A DNA stretch of 27,197 bases from assembly GCA_000388065.2 (NCBI GenBank), contig KB932203.1; one strand, 5' to 3'. The position numbers and the translations under genes were made by a program. Shown here in pieces: positions 11,146 to 18,965 of this stretch. This DNA comes from Fonticula alba ATCC 38817. Lineage: Eukaryota; Protista; Nucleariida. The notes beneath the pieces were generated by a model, which was not told the origin of the DNA, made no database searches, and worked only from the letters and a program-made list of their open reading frames with translations. Positions within the stretch are counted from its first letter, which is position 1, and each line of letters starts with the position of its first letter.

Positions 11146-11910
11146 GCACACACATCGCGGGCATATCTTTCTTCCTCTCCCTCTTTCTCCCTATCTCTCT
11201 TCTTGCCTGCTGCTCTCTGCTGTCGGGTCTTTTTTTCCTGACGCATCCCCTCGCCTCGTGCACGCAGCACCGCATCCGCCACCTCTCCTTCTCGGAGGAG
11301 CTCCTCCAGCGCACCCCTCTCTTGGAGAAGGGTGCCCCCGGGGCCATTGCCATCGCCATCTCCTCGTCCACTCCACAGCGCTCGGTCTTTTACTTCAACC
11401 CCACCGAGCACCGGCTTGCGGTGCGCGCTCCTATGTCTCTCCTTCCGCTCGTATGCCCCTCCTTCCCACTGACCCCGCTCCCTCCCGCATGCACACGCCC
11501 ACACACGCCCACACGCCCACACGCCCACACACACACGCCCACACACACACACACACATGCAGCACCTCTTCGCCGTGGTCGACACCCACAGCAAGCCGGA
11601 ATTCCACATGCAGTCCTCTTTCGCCCTGTTCCTCCCGCTCACGCGCGAGAAGTTCACCCGGCCCCTGCTGCCGGAGGAGAGCACCGCCGACCTGGGCCTG
11701 GACCAGCTGCTGGCGGATGCCGACCTGGCGGCCAACTTCCTCGGGCTGACCCTGCAAGAGCTGGGCATCCAGAACATGTCGGCCATGCGCGTGGTCGAGG
11801 ACGACACCGACGACGATGACTCCTCCTCCTCCTCGAGCGCGGACGATGGTAGCGGCTCCTCCGACTCCGGCAGCGGGTCTGGCACCGATGACTCGGAGGA
11901 CGACGCCTAG
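8842..11910 (+). CDS. FAF2: FAF2/UBXD8-like p97/Cdc48 adaptor (UBA - hydrophobic hairpin - UAS - coiled coil - UBX), ~678 aa; exons 8842-8889, 8971-9039, 9169-9688, 9892-10028, 10177-10718, 10892-11111, 11268-11420, 11563-11910
   Basis: UBA-like start (CMSVLIQNDWDLEAAME), hydrophobic segment (IRLVLNVAWSVLVFSLRAPLFV), UAS motifs (FFEGSFVEALD, FLVVYLHS, FCRDVL, LLWGG, YPFLAVL) and a coiled coil (IIQQQRREYLESIEIDRRRREEE). All seven introns are GT..AG with matching phases; total 2037 nt. Confidence 0.82.
11475..11556. repeat. (ACACGCCC)n/(CA)n tract at the 3' end of the last FAF2 intron
   Basis: Read directly from sequence. Confidence 0.9.
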
Positions 11911-12339
11911 GCCGGGTACCCCGTGCCGCACGTCACGTGTCCATGCCCCTCGAAGTGTTGAGGGTTAAGCCCGCGCGACGTCCGTCGGCGCTCCCCCCCC
12001 CCCCTTCCCATCGAGAAAGGGCTCCCCCGGCGGCCCGGGGGCCGGGGCCGGGGCGAAGGCCAGCCGGACAGATTGCCTCACCGCTGGTGGTACTTCGGCG
12101 CCCGCCCCGGTCCCTCGCTCCTCGCTCGTCCCTTGCCCACAATAGACAAATAATTCTCTCTCTCCCCCCCCCCCCACTCACTCGTTGCATCTTGCTCCTC
12201 AAGCTCCCTTGTGCACTCGCTCTCCCTCCGCTGCTTCGCGCATTTGGGCGTGTCCGCTGGCGGATTTCCTTCCCTCCCTTCTGGCTGGCCCTGCTGTGAC
12301 GGGGGTGCGGCCGGGCGGGAGAGGGCACTTCGGGCAAGC

Positions 12340-14742
12340 ATGCCGCGGCCGCGGCTGCGTGCCATGCGCCGGGTTCTGCGCCGGTGGACGGTATGCGGCC
12401 TGCGCGTGGTCCTGCTGGCGGGGCTCGTGGTGGCTCTGCTGCTGTACCTCCTGCGACCGGTCTGGGACGGGCCGCGGCTGCCGCAGCGCGAGGCAGCGGT
12501 CGCCACTCCGGGCCACACGCCCGTCGAGGCAACCCCCGGGGAGTTGCCCATGGCCGTGCCACCGGGCGAGGACCTGTGCGACTTCGATGTGGCGATCTTG
12601 ACCACCGGGCGCCGGGATTTGGCGTCCCTGACGGCCGGGCTCCGGCGGGCCCTCCAGCGGAGCGTCCTTTGCCCGGCCGACGGGCCCAGCCGGCCGCGGC
12701 TGCGGGTGTACGTGGACGGCCAGCCCACCGACGCGGTGCGGCGCCTGGCCGCCGCCCTGCCAGACATGCGCCCGCGCATCATCACGGTCCCGCCGCCAGA
12801 GGGCCAACCCTGGGCCGCGTCCAGTGGCCCGGTGGCGTCATGGCGCCTGGCATACGTCTATCGCTTCCTGGTGGCGGACGCTTTCGCGCATGCCAGCCGA
12901 GCTCGCTACCTCCCGGTGCCGGGGGGCCTGCCTGCGGGGGAAGATGCTCCCGATCGGACGGCCATCTTCCTGGAGGATGACCTGGTGCTGGGGGTGGATT
13001 TCGTGGATTACTTTGCCCTCGGCCGGGGGGCCCTGCTGGCGGATGGGCGATGCGCGCGAGGGGGCCCCTGCGCGGCCTTCGCCCACGCCGGGCCCTCGCA
13101 CCCAGGGGTGCTAAATTGCACCTCCCTGCTGGCAAGCCAGCCGCCGGCCCCGGCGGCCGAGGCCGGCCACGCCGACGACCCGGCCGCCCCGCCAGCCGGG
13201 GAGCTCTTCTGCGTCAGCGCCTGGAATGACCGGAGCTACCCGGGGCTGGCGGCCGACCCGGGGCAGGTCCTGCGCACGAGCCACTTTGCCGGCATGGGGT
13301 TCATGCTGACCGGGCGCCTGGGGCATTGGCTGCTGGACCACTTCTGGCCGTTGGAGGACATGGGCTTCTTCGCGGACAATCCCCACTTCCCGGGGACCCG
13401 GCGCGAGTGGGACGACCTGCTGCGCGCGGCCCTGGGGTCGCTGCAGGGTCTGGCCGCGCGAGGGCCCGGGCCCGGGGGGCCTCGGGGGGCCGAGCGCCAG
13501 CGCCGCATGGCCGCCGGCTGCCTGGTGCCGGAGGTCCCACGCACCGGGCACACCCTGGGGCCGGCCGAGCCGGGCCAGGCCGGCGCCGCATACTCCACGA
13601 GTGCCGGACGCCAGGCCCGGCACTTCGACGGCATGCTCCTGCTGGATGAGGGCCTCCTCCGGGGGTGGTACCGCGGGCAGCCGGGCACCGAGCGGCAACT
13701 CCGGCGCCATGTCAGCCGCCTGGCCGGGTCTTTCGCCACGGCGGCGGCCGGCGCTGCATATGACGCGTGGCTGCAGGCGGGGCACTCCGGTGGCCCTGGC
13801 CCGGCGGACTCGCTGGCCGGGGCCGTGCTCTTGGCGGCCGGGCTGTCCGGCACGCCGGGGCCCCCGGGCCCGGCCGACGGGCCCATCCTTTGTGGCGTGT
13901 CGGCCAGCCGGGCCGAGCCTCGGTCCGTCACGGTGGTGGCCCGCTGCGGCCAATGTGCCGGGTCCGGTCGCCTGGCGCATGACCGCCCCGACCCGGGCTC
14001 CGGCCGGCGGCCCTGGGAGGACATGCTGGCGGCCCCGTCGGCCGGCGGCCTCGGGGCCATGCCCGTCTTCGGGTTCGATGGGCTGGTGCGTAATATTTAT
14101 CGCGGCAGCGTCAGCCTCCGGGTGCCTCTGGACCCTGGGGCCGGGTGGTTTGCGCGGGTCTTCGCCACGGCCGCCGGGGCGCCCTGGCTGCGAGGCCCCT
14201 CGCCGGCCGGCATCACTGCCGGGCCCGGCGCCCAGGGGGGGCCCCTTTCCGGGCTGGAGATCGCCCTGCAGCCGGCGGACCGCGCGCCGGTCGAGCCAGA
14301 CGAGGCCGACGTGCGCCTGGGGCCGCTGCTGGTTAGCATCCTTTGCGCCGCCGGCCCGGCCGGCCCGGCAGTGAGAGTGGCCACGCCGGGCCGGGCGCCG
14401 GGCTGGGCACGCGTCCGCTGCTCCCGGTGTCAGCCCGGCCCGGGCCTCGGGGCCACTGTCCTTGCCAGCGCCCGGCCCGGGGTCTGGGCTGCCGGTGTCC
14501 GGGACCCGGGCCCGGCGGCCTCGCCCGGCGAACTGACCCTCGACCAGTGCTGGGTGCCGGACCTGGGCCCGGCGGCGGCCCTCTGGCGTGCTGGCCTGCC
14601 CGGCGTCGTGGACCCCGGGCGCCGGGACCGGGCGGCCGGCCTGGCCCGCCAGCTGGAGGATGCGTATGCCCGCCAGGCGGCCCGGCTCCCGGGGGAGGTG
14701 CTCCTGAGCGTCCGCCTTCGCCCCGGGGCGCCCGCCGGCTGA
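12340..14742 (+). CDS. GT13 family (GnT-I/POMGnT1-like) type II membrane glycosyltransferase, single exon, ~800 aa
   Basis: An N-terminal basic tail and TM anchor (VVLLAGLVVALLLYLL) precede GT13 motifs FLEDDLVLGVDFVDYF, FCVSAWND, VLRTSHFAGMGF, WDDLLR and CLVPEVPRT. The first in-frame ATG is 12340. Confidence 0.85.
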   Translation: MPRPRLRAMRRVLRRWTVCGLRVVLLAGLVVALLLYLLRPVWDGPRLPQREAAVATPGHTPVEATPGELPMAVPPGEDLCDFDVAILTTGRRDLASLTAGLRRALQRSVLCPADGPSRPRLRVYVDGQPTDAVRRLAAALPDMRPRIITVPPPEGQPWAASSGPVASWRLAYVYRFLVADAFAHASRARYLPVPGGLPAGEDAPDRTAIFLEDDLVLGVDFVDYFALGRGALLADGRCARGGPCAAFAHAGPSHPGVLNCTSLLASQPPAPAAEAGHADDPAAPPAGELFCVSAWNDRSYPGLAADPGQVLRTSHFAGMGFMLTGRLGHWLLDHFWPLEDMGFFADNPHFPGTRREWDDLLRAALGSLQGLAARGPGPGGPRGAERQRRMAAGCLVPEVPRTGHTLGPAEPGQAGAAYSTSAGRQARHFDGMLLLDEGLLRGWYRGQPGTERQLRRHVSRLAGSFATAAAGAAYDAWLQAGHSGGPGPADSLAGAVLLAAGLSGTPGPPGPADGPILCGVSASRAEPRSVTVVARCGQCAGSGRLAHDRPDPGSGRRPWEDMLAAPSAGGLGAMPVFGFDGLVRNIYRGSVSLRVPLDPGAGWFARVFATAAGAPWLRGPSPAGITAGPGAQGGPLSGLEIALQPADRAPVEPDEADVRLGPLLVSILCAAGPAGPAVRVATPGRAPGWARVRCSRCQPGPGLGATVLASARPGVWAAGVRDPGPAASPGELTLDQCWVPDLGPAAALWRAGLPGVVDPGRRDRAAGLARQLEDAYARQAARLPGEVLLSVRLRPGAPAG

Positions 14743-14901
14743 GGGCCGGCAATATACCTGTCTCCGTGGCGTAGGCTCGGCAGTTGTGCTCGCACGGTGG
14801 GGCCGGGTCTCGGTCCAGGACGCCGGCCAGCCGGCGGGGGGGAACGAGACAAGCGACTCACTCCTGCTGGGGCCGCGGTCTCGGCGAAGAAGGCGGGGGG
14901 G

Positions 14902-14919
14902 TTGAAAGTGCCGCGGCAG
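14902..14919 (+). promoter_or_regulatory. Candidate tRNA upstream element TTGAAAGTGCCGCGGCAG
   Basis: Second copy of the motif at 7876-7893, ending 18 nt upstream of tRNA-Asn. Confidence 0.5.
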
Positions 14920-14936
14920 GCCGTGGTCAGCATGTA

Positions 14937-15009
14937 GCTCCTGTGGCTCAGTAGGTAGAGCGTGGGACTGTTAATCCCAAGGTCCGCGGTTCGATCCCGT
15001 GCGGGAGCG
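14937..15009 (+). tRNA. tRNA-Asn(GUU): tRNA-Asn (GUU), intronless, 73 nt
   Basis: Acceptor stem GCTCCTG/CGGGAGC, D-arm GCTC-AGTAGGTA-GAGC, anticodon arm TGGGA-CTGTTAA-TCCCA, T-loop GGTTCGATCC. Confidence 0.97.
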
Positions 15010-15022
15010 CATGCCCCCTTTC

Positions 15023-15027
15023 TTTTT
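15023..15027 (+). terminator. Pol III oligo-T terminator of tRNA-Asn
   Basis: TTTCTTTTT lies 10-18 nt downstream of the tRNA. Confidence 0.7.
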
Positions 15028-15263
15028 GCCCCCCCCGCCGCGTTCGTGGTCATCTGCGGCCCCTCGCGCCTGCCTTTCCCGCTCGCCACCATCTTCGAGG
15101 CCCGGATTGTCGGCGGCGCCGCGCGCGCGCGCGCGTAGCCCGGGATTTGGTCCGGGACCTGGGCGCGCAGGCACGGAGCGACGGGAGTCGCCTAACGGGG
15201 GGGGGGGGGGGGGGGCGGGGGGCAATCGTGCAACTGGCTTGCCTGGGGGCCTGGGGTCTGGGG

Positions 15264-15264
<1 letters not shown>

Positions 15265-15319
<55 letters not shown>
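15265..15319. repeat. 55-nt poly-G homopolymer
   Basis: Read directly from sequence. Confidence 0.9.
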
Positions 15320-15320
<1 letters not shown>

Positions 15321-15562
15321 GCCGGCGGGCGGGCGGGGACATGTGAAGCTGCGCCGCGCATGTCGGCCCCGCCCAAGGGCGCCCATGGTGCCCGGTCGGC
15401 CGCAGCCCTGCCCAGCTTTCCCTCGTCTCCCGCCCCCTCCCCGCCTTCTCCCTCTCTCTCTCTCCCTCCCTCCCTCCCTCTTGCCTTGCCCGCACGTCCG
15501 CGCTCAGCCCCTTTCTCCTTCGACCCCTCCCCCCCCCTCCTACCCACTTCCTGCCATCGAGG

Positions 15563-17621
15563 ATGCTGCAGTCCAACGCTGCGCCGGTCGGCGGGTCGGG
15601 ACTCACGCCGCCCCCCTCGCCGGCCACGCAGTCCGGGCTGGAGGCAGCGGTGGCGCCCACCACCGACAGCCTGCCCACCCCGTCGACGGTGTTGCCGCAG
15701 CACCGGCGGTGCGAGGCGTGTGCCACGTCGCTCCTTCGGTCGACCGCCCTCCTGGTGACCCCCTGTGGGCATGTGGTGTGCGAGCGGTGCCGCGACCACA
15801 CCTTCGCCGCGCCCAACGCCCCGGCCCGGTGCCACTGCGGGCTGTCCCTGCGCGGGGCCGACGACTTCCGGCCCCCTCGGTGGGAGTGGATGGGCATCGA
15901 GCGGGACCTCTGGGCGCGGGAGACCCTGGCCGCGCACATCCGCACCCGCGAGTCTTTCGACCCGCTGCCGGAGTTCGCGTCTGTCATCTCGCCGGACGAG
16001 TGCGACCGGGCCTACGACGATTACCTGGAGAATGTGGAGGAAATCTGTGCGTGGCTCTTGCTCCCTCCCTTCGAACCTTGCCGGCCCTGGGGGCCTTCGC
16101 CCTGGCTGTTTGTCCGGGCCCCGCCGGATCCCCACCTAACCCGACGCCTCATGCCTGCGGCATCATCCTCGCCGCCTCCTGAACCCTGGGTCTGGCCCGC
16201 GGTCCGCCGGTCCGCCGGTCCGCCGGTCCGCCACTCTCCTCAGTCATCCGCCTCGCCCAGCGTCAGAACGTCGACCAGCAGCTGTTTCTCTTTGCCTGCG
16301 CCACGCTGGCCCCCCCGCCCGGATGTAGCCTGCCCCTGGGCGGCAAGGCGCAGGATGGCCCGGCCGCCGCCACGGCCGCCGAGCGCCGGAGGCGGGCCCG
16401 ACAGGCCGGCGTCGCGGCCGCCCTGTCACTCCCCCAGTTCGAGTGGCGCCGGGCTTTGCCGGATCCCTTCACGGCGGACCCCGCCGCGGCCGGCCTTCCC
16501 CGGTCGGAATCGGCCTCGAGCAGTGTCTCCGCCTCTCAGAGCATGAGCCTGCTCGGCGGGCGGGGGAATCGCTCCCGCCATGTGGCTGGCTCGAATTTGC
16601 GTGAGTGGCGTGCTCGCGAGGGGGACGCCACCTGGACCCCTTTCGAAGCCATTCGCGCGTTGGCCAGTGCGCATCTTCCTCCCCCTCCTCCTCCTCCTCC
16701 TCCTCCTCCTGCCTCTCTCGCCCTGGTGTTGTATTTCCCTTTCGCCGGCCCGTCCCCCTGGTGGCCATCCTTCGCCCCTGCTCCTGCCTGTGTCGGCCAC
16801 CGGCCTTCAATCTCACCTCCGCCCACTCACTTTGGCCTGGCTTTTGCAGTCCAGCTGGAGGCCCGCGCGCGCGCCAACGCCCAGAGTACGTCCATCTTTT
16901 GCCCTGCTGTGCTGTGCTGTGCTGTGCTGTGCTGTGCTGTGCTGTGCTGTGTCGTGCTGTGTCGTGTTGCGCCCTGCCTTGCCCCGTCGCAGCCTTGCCC
17001 TGCCCTGCCCTGCCTTTCCCTCCCCCCCTTCGTCCAGTGCTCTGACCTCGTCCCCTTCCTGAATAGATCTTTCAAAGAGCCGCGCCGCGTCGCAGGCCGC
17101 CGCCGATCAGGCCGCCGCCGCCGCGGCCAATGTCCCCTTCGACCCGATGGAGGGATGTTACTACACGGATGCCAACCGTGCTCTCTCGCTGCTCGCTCTT
17201 CAAAATATCAATGTCCCACCGCCTCCGGGTCCGGACGGCAAGCCCGGGCCTCCGGCGGAGCCCTTCGCCTGGACTCAGGGGCTGTGGCTCCAGGAAAAGT
17301 GCGTCCTTCGTCCATGGGTCTCGCCGGGCAGCTGCCCGGCTATCGTCCCTCTCCTGGGCCATGCCTGCCGCGTGCTGGAATTTACCCGCAACTGACATGT
17401 GCCTTGGTGCGGCTCTTATTAGGTCCCAAACAACCGACGACATGCGCCAGATCGCCACCGAGCAGGCTGGCGGCTTCGTACGCGGGTCCATCTGGCCGGT
17501 GCCGGTCTTCCCCCAGCCGGTGGATGCCAAGGTCTTTTTCAGCGGGAGTGGCGCTCTTGGCGGGGCGCACGCCTGTGTGATCAACGCCCGCCGGTCGCAG
17601 CATTACACCCCAACGCAGTGA
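15563..17621 (+). CDS. MNAT1: CDK-activating kinase assembly factor MAT1/TFB3 (RING finger), ~457 aa; exons 15563-16046, 16244-16666, 16850-16885, 17067-17298, 17423-17621
   Basis: RING CEAC..PCGHVVCERC..CHC is followed by the MAT1 signature (IERDLWARE..RESF..YDDYLENVEEIF) and a C-terminal AGGF. Donors are GTGCGT/GTGCGC/GTACGT with consistent phases; total 1374 nt. Confidence 0.85.
16201..16232. repeat. (GGTCCGCC)x4 tandem repeat in MAT1 intron 1
   Basis: Four exact copies just before the acceptor. Confidence 0.95.
16906..16965. repeat. (GCTGT)n pentanucleotide microsatellite in MAT1 intron 3
   Basis: Read directly from sequence. Confidence 0.9.
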
Positions 17622-17779
17622 GGCCATCGGCCTGCTGTCGCCAATGGACAGGAACCTTCCAACCAGCCGATGTGTGTGTGTGTCCAAAGGACCAGCGGAA
17701 TGAAGGGGGAGGGGAGCCGGAAATGGGCAGAGGGAGAGGGGGGGAAAACGGAAGCATGGTTCCGCCGGCAGACGTGGGG

Positions 17780-17785
17780 AATAAA
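17780..17785 (+). promoter_or_regulatory. Candidate polyadenylation signal AATAAA for MAT1
   Basis: Lies about 160 nt after the stop and is followed by a U-rich tract, in the gap between convergent genes. Confidence 0.4.
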
Positions 17786-17892
17786 AGACAACTGCATTTG
17801 CTTCTTTCTTTTTTGTACACTTAATCAGGCCCCGAAGGAGGGGGGGGGGAGGGGAAGGGGGAGGGAGAAAAGGCAGGCCACAGGTGGACATC

Positions 17893-18965
17893 TCAGAAAG
17901 CACCCGCGCTGTCGTTGTTCGAGTAGCGCTTGGCGTAGACCGCCAGCGACAGGAAGCAGACGATGCCACCGGCGCAGGCCATGCCGGCAGCGGCACCTTC
18001 GACCTGCGCGCCAAAAGCGGGCCCACATGGCCAGGGGGGTGGGGGTGGGGGGGGAGGGGGGGCGGGAGGAGGACAGTGTTGGGCGTGAGGCGGAGATGGC
18101 TCGACACAGGGGGAGGGATGGGGGGCAATGGAGGGGGAGGGCGCACCACATCGCCACGTAGCAGAGCCAGCGGGAAGCTGAAGCCCGAGACCAGCAGGAA
18201 GGCTGACATGAAGTTGCCGGCGTCGCGGACACCAGACCTGAGAATAGGGGGCGGGGGAGAAGAGTAAGGAGGAGGGCAGGCGGGGGAGGGGGCAGGGGCG
18301 TTGTGAGGAAAAGGAAGGAGGGACACAGGGCAGACGCCGACGCACGTATCGCCGCCGCTGAGGCCGAAGCTGGCATTCTGCCGGTGCTCGTCGATCTTGT
18401 TGGCGAACATCGTCGGGATGGGCGACAGGAAGTAGAACGCCACTGGGAGGAGGGGGGGGGGGGCGCGGGTGAGCAGGGCGTGCATTGAAGGAGAGGGGGA
18501 GAGCGAGAGGGGGAGCAGAGGGGAAAAAAAGCCACTGTCAGCCCGTGAAGGAGGACGTACTGACGAAGAGGAGCCACCAATTGCTGCGAGAGAAAAAGAG
18601 AGCGAGAGAGAGAGGGAGGGAGGGAGGGAGGGAGGGAGGGCAGGATGGTCAGCAGGCAAAGGACGACGGAGAGCGGGGCGGCAAGGGGGGGGGGGGCAGA
18701 CACGTACTTGAACAGGGCACAAGACAGCAAAATCAGCAGCAGGCCGAGGGCCATGAAGAAGGAGAGGACGATGAGTCTGGCGGGGTGTCAGCATGGGGGA
18801 GGCGGCGGCGGCGGCGGCGGTGGCGGCGGGGTAGTGCGTCAGCGGCAGGAGCCATGGCCGAAAGGTACCCTGAGTCGGGGGGGATGGAGAAGGACAAGCG
18901 GTCAGCAAACAGCAGGCGCGAGTGCAGCAGGTGCGCGACTGCATCGTACCTTTGATATCCTTCAT
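17893..18965 (-). CDS. VPS55: Vps55/LEPROT (OB-RGRP) family membrane protein, 135 aa; exons 18965-18950, 18869 (1 nt), 18776-18708, 18583-18561, 18442-18346, 18237-18147, 18003-17893
   Basis: Spliced product: MKDIKGLIVLSFFMALGLLLILLSCALFNNWWLLFVMAFYFLSPIPTMFANKIDEHRQNASFGLSGGDTSGVRDAGNFMSAFLLVSGFSFPLALLRGDVVEGAAAGMACAGGIVCFLSLAVYAKRYSNNDSAGAF*. It matches the Vps55 pattern (IKxLIxLSF, SCAL..WW, SPIP, SGFxFP). Total is 408 nt. Confidence 0.9.
18869..18869 (-). other. VPS55: Predicted single-nucleotide exon (G) of VPS55
   Basis: The minus strand reads GCTGAC..pyrimidine tract..CTCAG|G|GTACCT. It is flanked by an 80-nt intron (18949-18870) and a 92-nt intron (18868-18777). The base restores the frame: AAA G|G|A CTC = K-G-L. 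Confidence 0.7.
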
